Positions 9,688-18,444 of a DNA stretch of 48,887 bases are shown here, one piece after another. Each line of letters begins with the position of its first letter. Position 1 is the stretch's first letter. Source of the stretch: an uncultured Christensenellaceae bacterium (GTDB taxonomy: Bacteria > Bacillota > Clostridia > Christensenellales > UBA3700); assembly GCA_944381345.1 (NCBI GenBank), contig CALWKU010000049.1:1-48887 (forward strand), read 5' to 3'. The notes beneath the pieces were generated by a model. That model was given only the letters and a program-made list of their open reading frames with translations. It was not told the origin of the DNA and ran no database searches. The position numbers and the translations under genes were made by a program.

Positions 9688-9723
9688 TTTGGGCGGCAAA
9701 ACCGTTTGGTTTTGCCGCCCAAA
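9688..9723. repeat. Perfect 16-bp inverted repeat
   Basis: TTTGGGCGGCAAAACC-gttt-GGTTTTGCCGCCCAAA. Confidence 0.85.
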
Positions 9724-9742
9724 ATATTAAAGGAGGCATATT

Positions 9743-10249
9743 ATGGCAAAGAAAAAGTCAAGAAAGAAAAAGCTCTCGACCCTGACGATAGCGATGCTCG
9801 CCGTCGCGCTCGTCGGAGCGGTGTTGGCGGTCGTCGGACTGTTCAACGATTGGATGCATTACAGCATAGGGGATAATATAGAAACGGAGAGCATGACGCT
9901 GCAGGACTTTGCGGAAACAGAAAGCGCCAATCAGATCATGATGCAGACGTTTGCTTGGATCGCGGGTATCCTTGCGGTCGCGGGCTTTGCGTTGGTACTC
10001 GTGCGCATGCTCGTCAACATCGGTCCCGTCCGCCTTGCAGGAAAGATCGCGGGTATAGGCGCGGTCCTGTTCGGCGTCTTGGCGCTGATCTTCTCTTTTG
10101 TCGTCGCGTCCGAGGGCGTGATAGGAGGCAATTTCGGGTTCAGCATCGATATAGACGGCGTGGGCTGGGAGCTGTCCTACGGCGCGTATCTGCTCGCTGC
10201 AGGCTCGATCGTCGGCGGTATAGGAGCGTTTGTCGGCTCGAAGAAATGA
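9743..10249 (+). CDS. Hypothetical 4-TM membrane protein
   Basis: AAGGAGG RBS; basic N-terminus and four hydrophobic segments. Confidence 0.8.
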   Translation: MAKKKSRKKKLSTLTIAMLAVALVGAVLAVVGLFNDWMHYSIGDNIETESMTLQDFAETESANQIMMQTFAWIAGILAVAGFALVLVRMLVNIGPVRLAGKIAGIGAVLFGVLALIFSFVVASEGVIGGNFGFSIDIDGVGWELSYGAYLLAAGSIVGGIGAFVGSKK

Positions 10250-10480
10250 TCCCGCTCAGGGCGGTATTTGCGCCGTGACGACAAAAATTTTTGCGGCGCG
10301 ACGACCGCAAAAACAGCGAATGAAATACGTTTTTTGCGATATGTATTCGGTTTTTATGCGCAAAGGACGTATTTTTTCGCATTTTTGCGCGCAGGCGGAA
10401 AGGACGGCGAGCAACGCGCTTTTGCTTTATTTTTGCGCGCATATATGGTATTATATTACAAACGACATTCGGAGATGTTT

Positions 10481-11395
10481 ATGTTGCAAGACTTTTTGAA
10501 GATGAGAGGCGTGTCCGCCGGAACGCTGCAAAAGCTGCTCTCGTCCGCGTTCGAGATGAAGAGGCGCATACTTTCCGGCGACAAGTTTTCGGACGAACTC
10601 AAGGGCAAAATGGTCGCAACGCTGTTTTACGAGAACAGCACCCGCACCCGCACTTCGTTTGAGGACGCGTGCAAATATCTCGGCGCGACGGTCGCAAGCC
10701 TCGACGTTGCTGCTTCGAGCGTGCAAAAGGGCGAGTCGCTGATCGACACCGCCAAGACCATAGAGGCGATGGGCACGGACGCGATCGTCATCCGCCACTC
10801 CGTCTCGGGCGCGCCCCGACTCGTCGCGGACAATGTCGACATCCCCGTGATCAATGCCGGCGACGGATTGCACGCGCACCCCACGCAGGCGTTGCTCGAT
10901 CTGTTCACCCTCGTCGAGCGGTTCGGCAAGGTCGACGGGCTGACGGTGGCGATCATCGGAGACATCAAGCACAGCCGCGTCGCGCGCAGCAATATGGAGA
11001 GTTTGACGACGATGGGCGCAAAGGTCAAGGTGTTCGCGCCGCCGACGATGCTGCCGCTCGGGATAGAAAAGATGAAATGCACGGTGTGCGAGACGATCGA
11101 GGACGCGTTTGTCGGTTCGGACGCGGTGATGGGGCTGCGCATACAACTTGAAAGACAGCAGGTGGGGCTGTTCCCGAGTTACGGCGAATACACATCCTTC
11201 TTCGGCATCACCGACGCGAGGATGAAACTCGCCAACAAGGGCGCGGTCGTGCTTCATCCCGGTCCCGTCAACAGGGGCGTGGAGCTTGCTTACGACGTAC
11301 TCGACAAGGAATACTGCCTCAAAGACGTACAGGTCACCAACGGAGTGGCGACCAGAATGGCGCTGCTCAAAGAGCTTTTGGGAGGTGGACAATGA
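10481..11395 (+). CDS. pyrB: Aspartate carbamoyltransferase catalytic subunit
   Basis: FYENSTRTRTSF, HPTQALLD, HPGPVNRG; GGAG RBS. Confidence 0.96.
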   Translation: MLQDFLKMRGVSAGTLQKLLSSAFEMKRRILSGDKFSDELKGKMVATLFYENSTRTRTSFEDACKYLGATVASLDVAASSVQKGESLIDTAKTIEAMGTDAIVIRHSVSGAPRLVADNVDIPVINAGDGLHAHPTQALLDLFTLVERFGKVDGLTVAIIGDIKHSRVARSNMESLTTMGAKVKVFAPPTMLPLGIEKMKCTVCETIEDAFVGSDAVMGLRIQLERQQVGLFPSYGEYTSFFGITDARMKLANKGAVVLHPGPVNRGVELAYDVLDKEYCLKDVQVTNGVATRMALLKELLGGGQ

Positions 11396-12654
11396 TAGTT
11401 ATCAAGGCAGCCGATCTGTTCGGCAAGATCGTTGACATAGCGGTCGACGGCGATACCGTCGTCGAGGTCGGCGACGTCAAGCCGCCCAAGGGAGCCCTGG
11501 TCATAGACGCGAGAGGTCTGACCGCGCTGCCGGCGTTTATCGATATGCACGTGCATCTGCGCGAGCCCGGTTTCGAGTACAAAGAGGACATCGAGAGCGG
11601 CTGCCGCGCCGCGGTCGCGGGAGGCTTTTCCGCCGTCTGCTGCATGCCCAACACCAAGCCCGTCACCGACAACAGGTATATCGTAAAATACGTCAAGACG
11701 CGCGCCGCCGAGGTCGGTCTCGCCAAGGTCTATCCCATCGCGGCGATCACCGTCGGGCAGGAGGGCAAACAGATCGCCGAGTTCGGCAAGCTCAAACAGG
11801 CGGGAGCGGTCGCTTTTTCAGACGACGGGCGTCCGGTCGAAAACGCGCAGACGATGAGGATCGCGCTCGAATACGCCAAACGGTTCGACGCGCTTCTGAT
11901 CAGTCATTGCGAGGAGATGTCGCTCGTTGCCGGAGGCGTGATCAACGAGGGCTTCGTCGCGTCGGACGCGGGCTTCCGCGGCATAACGAGAGCGAGCGAG
12001 GAGGTCATGGTCGCCCGCGAGATAGTGCTTGCGGACGCGCTGTCGACAAAGGTGCATATCGCGCACATCAGCACGGAGGGCAGCGCGCGTCTTATACGCG
12101 ACGCGAAACGCGCCGGCATAAAGGTGAGCTGCGAGACATGCCCGCACTACTTCGCCGCGACCGACGGGCTTGCCGCGGACGGCGACCCTATGGCAAAGGT
12201 CAACCCCCCGTTGCGAGAAGAGAGGGACAGACAGGCGATCATCCGCGCGATACAGGACGGCACGGTCGACGCGATCGTCACCGACCACGCGCCGCACGCC
12301 GCGCACGAAAAGGGCGCGCTGAACGACGCCGCCAACGGTATAAGCGGGCTTGAGACCTCGTTTGCGCTGGCGTACACATACCTCGTCAAGAGCGGCGCGA
12401 TCTCGCTGCAAAAGCTGTCGCAATTGATGACGGAAAACCCCGCAAAGCTGGTCGGCATACCCTTCGGTTCGATCGAAAAGGGCGGGCTTGCGGACATAGC
12501 GCTTGTCGACCTCAACGAAAAATACAGCGTCGATCCGTCGAAGTTCTTCTCCAAGGGCAAGAACACTCCGTTCAAGGGGCGCGAAGTCTTTGGCAAGGTC
12601 ATAATGACGATGGTCGGCGGCGAAATAAAATTCAAGGACGGTGAAATATGCTGA
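11392..12654 (+). CDS. pyrC: Dihydroorotase
   Basis: DMHVHLREPG, MPNT, VNPPLR, TDHAPH, KGKNTPF. Confidence 0.95.
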   Translation: MIVIKAADLFGKIVDIAVDGDTVVEVGDVKPPKGALVIDARGLTALPAFIDMHVHLREPGFEYKEDIESGCRAAVAGGFSAVCCMPNTKPVTDNRYIVKYVKTRAAEVGLAKVYPIAAITVGQEGKQIAEFGKLKQAGAVAFSDDGRPVENAQTMRIALEYAKRFDALLISHCEEMSLVAGGVINEGFVASDAGFRGITRASEEVMVAREIVLADALSTKVHIAHISTEGSARLIRDAKRAGIKVSCETCPHYFAATDGLAADGDPMAKVNPPLREERDRQAIIRAIQDGTVDAIVTDHAPHAAHEKGALNDAANGISGLETSFALAYTYLVKSGAISLQKLSQLMTENPAKLVGIPFGSIEKGGLADIALVDLNEKYSVDPSKFFSKGKNTPFKGREVFGKVIMTMVGGEIKFKDGEIC

Positions 12655-13550
12655 TTGACAGATTGATCGACAAGATCAAAGAGACGGACAACCCGTCGGT
12701 CGTGGGATTGGACACCTGTATAGACTATCTGCCCGACGATGTGCGCGGCAAGTGCGAAACGCTTTATGACGCCGCCAAGTATATCACGGATTTCAACTTC
12801 GCGCTGATCGACGCGATCAGGGACGTAGTCCCGGCAGTCAAGGTGCAGGTCGCCTATTACGAGATGTACGGCGTCGAAGGAATGCGCGCGTTTTCCGATA
12901 CGCTCGCGTATGCGCGCCAGCACGGTCTGTTTACGATAGCCGACGTCAAACGCAACGACATCGGCAGCACGGCGTCCGCATACAGCAACGCATATCTCGG
13001 CGAGACGGTACTCGAGGGCAGCGCGGTTACGCCGTTCGAGAGCGACTTCGTCACGGTCAACGGCTATCTCGGCAGCGACGGAGTGCTGCCGTTCGTAGCG
13101 GACTGCAAAAAGAACGACCGCGGTATATTCGTGCTTGTCAAGACCTCTAATCCGAGCGGCGGCGAACTGCAGGACAGAGTGATGGACAACGGCAAGACGC
13201 TGTATGAAAACATGGCTTGCCTCGTCGACGGGTGGGGCGCGGATCTGCGCGGTAAATACGGTTATTCGAGCGTGGGCGCGGTCGTCGGAGCGACACATAA
13301 GGCGCAGGCGGAGGCGATCCGCAAAGCGCATCCTCATCTGTTTTTTCTCATACCCGGTTACGGAGCGCAGGGAGGAAAGGCGGAAGATCTCGCGGTCTGT
13401 TTCCGCGACGGCATAGGCGGCATCGTCAACTCGTCGCGCGGCATATTGACCGCGTACCGCAAGCCGCAATATGCGGGCAAGGCGTTCGACGAGGCGGCAA
13501 GGCTCGCCGCGATCGCAATGCGCGAGGACATAGACAAGTGTATCCGATGA
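12648..13550 (+). CDS. pyrF: Orotidine-5'-phosphate decarboxylase
   Basis: VGLD, DVKRNDIGST, KTSNP, PGYGAQGG, NSSRGI. Confidence 0.95.
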   Translation: MLIDRLIDKIKETDNPSVVGLDTCIDYLPDDVRGKCETLYDAAKYITDFNFALIDAIRDVVPAVKVQVAYYEMYGVEGMRAFSDTLAYARQHGLFTIADVKRNDIGSTASAYSNAYLGETVLEGSAVTPFESDFVTVNGYLGSDGVLPFVADCKKNDRGIFVLVKTSNPSGGELQDRVMDNGKTLYENMACLVDGWGADLRGKYGYSSVGAVVGATHKAQAEAIRKAHPHLFFLIPGYGAQGGKAEDLAVCFRDGIGGIVNSSRGILTAYRKPQYAGKAFDEAARLAAIAMREDIDKCIR

Positions 13551-14311
13551 AAGACCGCTCCGCAGTCGTGCTTGCCAACGAGCGCGTCGCCGACGGAGTG
13601 ATGAAAATGACGCTCTATTTCGAGGATCTGCCTCCGATCGAGGGCGGGCAGTTCGTGCATATCCGCGTACCCGACGGCGCGCACGTATTGCGCAGACCTT
13701 TCTGTATCTGCGATTTTGACAAAAAGGAGCGCACGATCGACGTCTGTTACGCGGTCGTGGGCGCGGGCACGGCACGGCTCGCCGAGGTCGAGCGTATGCA
13801 CAGACTTGACGCGCTGCTCCCTCTCGGAAACGGATATGCGCCCAAAGGAGACAGGATAATGCTGATCGGCGGCGGAATGGGCAGCGCGGTGTTGCCCGCG
13901 ATAATCACCGCCCATCCGGACAGGGAATATACCGTGTGTCTCGGTTTCGGCGACGTTTCCAAGGTCGTCCTTGCGGACGAGCTGAAGGCAAAGGGCGCAA
14001 AGGTCATCCTTGCGACCGACAACGGCAGCGCGGGAGAAAAGGGCTATGTCGCCGACGTAGCCGCGCGCATGATACGGCAGGAAAAGCCGGACGAGATCTT
14101 TTGTTGCGGTCCCGAGATAATCTACAAGATCCTCGCCCAAAAGAGCGAGATCGCGGGAATCCCGACAAAAATATCGCTCGAACAGCGCATGGGCTGCGGC
14201 ATCGGCGCGTGCCTCGTCTGCAACTGCAAGGTCAGACGTGCGGGCGTTGAGGAATATGTGCGCGTGTGCAAGGACGGTCCGGTGTTCGACATTACGGAGG
14301 TGGCGCTGTGA
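13547..14311 (+). CDS. pyrK: Dihydroorotate dehydrogenase electron transfer subunit
   Basis: LRRPF, GGGMG, CGP, MGCGIGACLVC, CKDGPVF. Confidence 0.94.
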   Translation: MKDRSAVVLANERVADGVMKMTLYFEDLPPIEGGQFVHIRVPDGAHVLRRPFCICDFDKKERTIDVCYAVVGAGTARLAEVERMHRLDALLPLGNGYAPKGDRIMLIGGGMGSAVLPAIITAHPDREYTVCLGFGDVSKVVLADELKAKGAKVILATDNGSAGEKGYVADVAARMIRQEKPDEIFCCGPEIIYKILAQKSEIAGIPTKISLEQRMGCGIGACLVCNCKVRRAGVEEYVRVCKDGPVFDITEVAL

Positions 14312-15216
14312 ATACCGCAGTAGAGATAGCGGGCGTAAAGTTCAAAAACCCGATAATCACCGCGAGCGGCACGTTCGGCTTCGGCGCGGAGTACGGGCAG
14401 TTCTATCCGCTGAGCGCGCTCGGCGGCATATGTACCAAGGGGCTGACGATCAAACCCAAACAGGGCAACCCTCCGCCGCGCGCCACCGAGGTGTACGGAG
14501 GAATGCTCAATGCGGTCGGCTTGCAAAATCCGGGCGTGGAGCGTTTTCTCGAGACGGACGACAAGCGGCTCGCGCAAGAGGACGTCGTCGTCATTGCCAA
14601 CGTCGCCGGAGCGACGCTCGACGACTATATCGCAATAGGCGAGCGCATCAACGACGCGCACGCGCAGATGGTCGAACTCAACATCTCCTGCCCCAACGTC
14701 AAGGAGGGCGGAATGGCGTTCGGCGTGCTGCCTTCGTCTGTTGAAAAGGTCACCGCCGCAGTCGTCAAGGTATGCAAAAAACCGGTGATCACCAAGCTGT
14801 CGCCCAACGTCGCGTGCATCGCCGACAACGCGCGCGCAGCCGAGGCGGGCGGCGCGGCGGCGGTGTCGCTGATCAATACGCTGTCGGGTATGGCTGTCGA
14901 TTGGAGGACTCGCCGTCCGGCGCTTGCCAACAACAACGGCGGTATGTCCGGTCCGTGCGTCAAACCGGTCGCGCTCAAGATGGTCTGGGACTGCTTCAAC
15001 GCGGTCGGAATCCCCATCATAGGTCTGGGAGGGATCGCCTCTTATACCGACGCGCTCGAATTCATGATCTGCGGAGCGCGCGCGGTGCAGGTGGGCACGG
15101 CAAACTTTACTTCGCCCACTGCGGCTTACGACATTGCCCGCGATCTTGCGGACCACGTCGCGCAAAACGATATCGATATCAACGACCTCGTCGGCTCGCT
15201 CGTTCTCAACGGCTGA
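14308..15216 (+). CDS. pyrD: Dihydroorotate dehydrogenase B catalytic subunit
   Basis: ASGTFG, NAVGLQNPG, NISCPN, KLSPN, INTL, GGMSG; GTGA overlap. Confidence 0.95.
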   Translation: MNTAVEIAGVKFKNPIITASGTFGFGAEYGQFYPLSALGGICTKGLTIKPKQGNPPPRATEVYGGMLNAVGLQNPGVERFLETDDKRLAQEDVVVIANVAGATLDDYIAIGERINDAHAQMVELNISCPNVKEGGMAFGVLPSSVEKVTAAVVKVCKKPVITKLSPNVACIADNARAAEAGGAAAVSLINTLSGMAVDWRTRRPALANNNGGMSGPCVKPVALKMVWDCFNAVGIPIIGLGGIASYTDALEFMICGARAVQVGTANFTSPTAAYDIARDLADHVAQNDIDINDLVGSLVLNG

Positions 15217-15235
15217 CGGTCAAAGGAGTATTTTT

Positions 15236-15826
15236 ATGATGACTACGGAACAGGCTTTGGAGATCTACCGCAAATGCGGCGCGGTGCTGAAAGGGCACTT
15301 CAAATTGACGAGCGGCAGACATGCCGACACCTATATGCAGAGCGCAAAGGTGTTCGTCGACACCGAGTGCAGCGAGCTGCTGTGCAAGGCTCTCGTTCAA
15401 AAGCTCGCCGACGCCGGTGTGGAGGCGGATATGGTCATTTCGCCCGCGATAGGAGGCATTTTGATGGGCTATGAGGTCGCGCGCCAGATGCGCAAGCCCA
15501 ACATCTTCGCCGAGCGCGAAAACGGCGAGATGACGCTGAGGAGAGGTTTTTCTTTCCCCGAGGGTACGCGCTTTGTCGTCACCGAGGACGTCGTCACCAC
15601 GGGCGGCTCGGTCAAAGAGGTCGTCGCCCTCGTCAAGAAAATGGGCGGAGAGGTCGCTGCGGTCGCGTCGCTCGTCGACCGCAGCAACGGCAAGGTCGAC
15701 TTCGGCGTCAAATTCGTCAATCTGATCAGTATGGATATCACGTCTTATGAGCCGGACGACTGCCCGCTTTGCAAAGAGGGCAAGATCGAATTGGTCAAGC
15801 CCGGTTCGAGGGTGTTCAACAAGTAA
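15236..15826 (+). CDS. pyrE: Orotate phosphoribosyltransferase
   Basis: GHFKLTSGRH, PRPP motif VTEDVVTTGGS; AAGGAG RBS. Confidence 0.95.
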   Translation: MMTTEQALEIYRKCGAVLKGHFKLTSGRHADTYMQSAKVFVDTECSELLCKALVQKLADAGVEADMVISPAIGGILMGYEVARQMRKPNIFAERENGEMTLRRGFSFPEGTRFVVTEDVVTTGGSVKEVVALVKKMGGEVAAVASLVDRSNGKVDFGVKFVNLISMDITSYEPDDCPLCKEGKIELVKPGSRVFNK

Positions 15827-16632
15827 TGTTCGGGCGGGCGGCTAACGCGTATGCCGAATTGCGCAAGAGGACGGATTTCGTCCCCGAGATCGCTATAGTT
15901 TTGGGCAGCGGGCTCGGCGGCGCGGTTGATCTCGAAGAGGAGTGTTCGATAGGGTACGACGAACTCGGACTTCCCGGTTCGACCGTACACGGACACAGGG
16001 GGCGTATGGTATTCGGCACGCTTTGCGGCAAAAAGGTCGTCGTGCTGCAAGGCAGGCTGCACTACTACGAGGGGCACTCGTCCGAGACGGCGGCGCTGCC
16101 CGACAGGGTTGCCGCGCTTGCCGGCGCAAAGACGGTTGTTTTGACCAACGCCGCCGGAGGGATAGCCCCCGACTTGGAGTGCGGAGACATCATGGCGATC
16201 CGCGACCACATCTGCCTTGCGCCCAATCCGCTGATAGGTCCCAACGACGACAGGATGGGTCCGAGATTTCCGGACATGACTGCGCCTTATGACCCGGAAT
16301 TGATCGAGCTTGCAAAGACGGCGGCGCGAAAGTGCGGTTTTGAACTCAAAGAGGGTGTGTACATACAATTTACCGGTCCGTCGTTCGAGACTGCCGCCGA
16401 GGTGAGGATGGCGGGGATAATGGGAGCCGACGCGGTCGGGATGAGTACCGCGATCGAGACGATCGCCCTGCGCCATATGGGAGTAAAGGTGTTGGGTCTG
16501 TCCTTTATCAGCAACAAGGCGTGCGGGCTTGCCGGCAAACCGCTGTCGCACGAGGACGTAAACCGCGAGAGCGAACGCGTCGTCGCAAAGATGCGCGGAT
16601 TGCTTGCTGCGATCGTCGGAGATATGCAATGA
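15826..16632 (+). CDS. punA: Purine nucleoside phosphorylase (trimeric PunA/XapA type)
   Basis: VLGSGLG, GRLHYYEG, TNAAGG, GPSFET, VGMST, ISNKA. Confidence 0.88.
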   Translation: MFGRAANAYAELRKRTDFVPEIAIVLGSGLGGAVDLEEECSIGYDELGLPGSTVHGHRGRMVFGTLCGKKVVVLQGRLHYYEGHSSETAALPDRVAALAGAKTVVLTNAAGGIAPDLECGDIMAIRDHICLAPNPLIGPNDDRMGPRFPDMTAPYDPELIELAKTAARKCGFELKEGVYIQFTGPSFETAAEVRMAGIMGADAVGMSTAIETIALRHMGVKVLGLSFISNKACGLAGKPLSHEDVNRESERVVAKMRGLLAAIVGDMQ

Positions 16633-17915
16633 AATTGAGGTTGTTCAACGCCAAGATATGGGACGGCGAAAAATTGTTCGACGGAGAACTGCGCACCGAA
16701 GCAGACAAAATATCGCGCGTCAGCCCCGTTTCCACGCTCGATTGGCAGGACTGGGACCGAGAGATAGACTGCGGCGGCAACCTGATCATGCCGTCGTTCA
16801 AGAACGGACACACTCATTCGCCGATGGCGTTTCTGCGCTCGCACGCAGAGGATCTGCCTTTGCAGGAATGGCTGAGCGAAAAGGTTTTTCCGTCAGAGGC
16901 GCTGCTGACCGACGAGGATTGCTACGACTTGACCAAGTTGGCTTGCGCGGAATATTTTTCGGGCGGGACGACATACGTCTGCGAGATGTACGGGCATACC
17001 CGTGCGGTCGCAAAGGCGCTCGCCGACAGCGGCGTCGCGGCGACGGTGACGGAGGGCATACTCGACTTCGACGGCTCGCCCGAATCCATAGAGGCAAAGA
17101 TCGACGACAGCGTCAAGTATTATAAGAATTTTCCTGCCCGTGTGCGTTACGGCATCTCTATCCATGCGCAGTACACCTGCGGAGAGGGGACGTTGAGCGC
17201 GGTCAAGCGGGCGGTGGACAAGTATAAAATGCCGCTGTTCGCGCACGTTTCGGAGACAAAGCGCGAGGTGATATCCTGCGTCGAACAGACGGGCGAAACG
17301 CCGCTTGCGTACCTTGCCGCAAAGGGATTGTTCGACTGCGGCGGGGCGGCGTTTCACTGCGTACACGTCACTTCGGAGGAGATGGATACGATGGCGCGGA
17401 AGGGCATTGCAGCCGTCACCTGTCCGTGCAGCAATCTCAAACTTGCCAGCGGGATCGCTCCGCTTGCCGAGATGAAAAAGAGAGGAGTCAATGTCGGCAT
17501 AGGGACGGATGGCGCGGCAAGCAACAATGCTCTCGATATGTTCCGCGAGACCTATCTTGCGGCGGCGCTGCAAAAGTATGCGACCGGCGACGCGGCGGCG
17601 ATGAACGCGGAGTTTGTCCTCAAAGCGGCGACGCGCGCGAGCATATACGGCGTTGACGATATGGACGTGCTCGTTCCGGGCGCGGCGGCGGACTTTGTGA
17701 TGATAGATCTCGGCGCGCCGAATATGCAGCCCGGCAACGACATCCTCGCCGACGTAGTCTATGCGGCGGGCAAGCACAACGTGTTGATGACCGTCGCGGG
17801 AGGCAGGATAGTGTTTGAAAGCGGCAGAGCGGACGTGGGAGAGGACTACGACGCGCTCAAAGAGAGATGCCGCGCTATAGCGAAGAGGATCGCGGATGCA
17901 AGAGCAAGAACGTAA
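16629..17915 (+). CDS. Amidohydrolase, MTA/SAH deaminase-like
   Basis: NGHTH, HAQYT, HVSET, SNLKLASG, GTDGAASNN. Confidence 0.85.
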   Translation: MKLRLFNAKIWDGEKLFDGELRTEADKISRVSPVSTLDWQDWDREIDCGGNLIMPSFKNGHTHSPMAFLRSHAEDLPLQEWLSEKVFPSEALLTDEDCYDLTKLACAEYFSGGTTYVCEMYGHTRAVAKALADSGVAATVTEGILDFDGSPESIEAKIDDSVKYYKNFPARVRYGISIHAQYTCGEGTLSAVKRAVDKYKMPLFAHVSETKREVISCVEQTGETPLAYLAAKGLFDCGGAAFHCVHVTSEEMDTMARKGIAAVTCPCSNLKLASGIAPLAEMKKRGVNVGIGTDGAASNNALDMFRETYLAAALQKYATGDAAAMNAEFVLKAATRASIYGVDDMDVLVPGAAADFVMIDLGAPNMQPGNDILADVVYAAGKHNVLMTVAGGRIVFESGRADVGEDYDALKERCRAIAKRIADARART

Positions 17916-18360
17916 AAAGAAGAGGCGGATGCGCACGCTGATCACGATCGCGCTCACCGTTGCGGCGATCGGCGTCGTTATAGGAATAATGTTCGCGGTC
18001 GACAGCTGCGAGCAAAAGATCTATCTCGACATGGGGCAGACCTACGAGGCGGGAGATCGAAGCCTCACGCCCACGGACATGAAGGTGTTCCGCGGTTCGG
18101 AGACGCTGTACGTATTCTTGACGCTCGAAGGCGGCGGCGTTTCGATCGACGAGTTGGCGTTGGACGGCGAGGCGGTCTCGGACGATACCGCGGCGGCGGA
18201 ACGCTACGGTTTTACCCTCTTTCGGGGCGAGGAATTGAACGGCACGGGCGTCGTGATGTTCGCGGTCAAAGAGAGCGGAAAAGAGAGCGAACTGACCTAC
18301 CGCAAGGCGGTGTTCAGAGTTGGGAGATTGACGCCGCAGGGCGGTGTTCAGAGTTGGTAG
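17896..18360 (+). CDS. Hypothetical N-terminally membrane-anchored protein
   Basis: Basic N-terminus, one hydrophobic helix ending VDSC, acidic soluble domain; overlaps upstream stop. Confidence 0.65.
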   Translation: MQEQERKKKRRMRTLITIALTVAAIGVVIGIMFAVDSCEQKIYLDMGQTYEAGDRSLTPTDMKVFRGSETLYVFLTLEGGGVSIDELALDGEAVSDDTAAAERYGFTLFRGEELNGTGVVMFAVKESGKESELTYRKAVFRVGRLTPQGGVQSW

Positions 18361-18444
18361 ATATACGCCGCAAGGCGATCGTAACGCACACGGGTGCGGA
18401 AAAATAAAGAATATGCGGCAACGCATCGACATATAGGAGACGCA

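Noticed and set aside
10250-10480. PyrR attenuator before pyrB
   Set aside because: No AGUCCAGAGAGG-like binding loop or terminator/antiterminator pair found.
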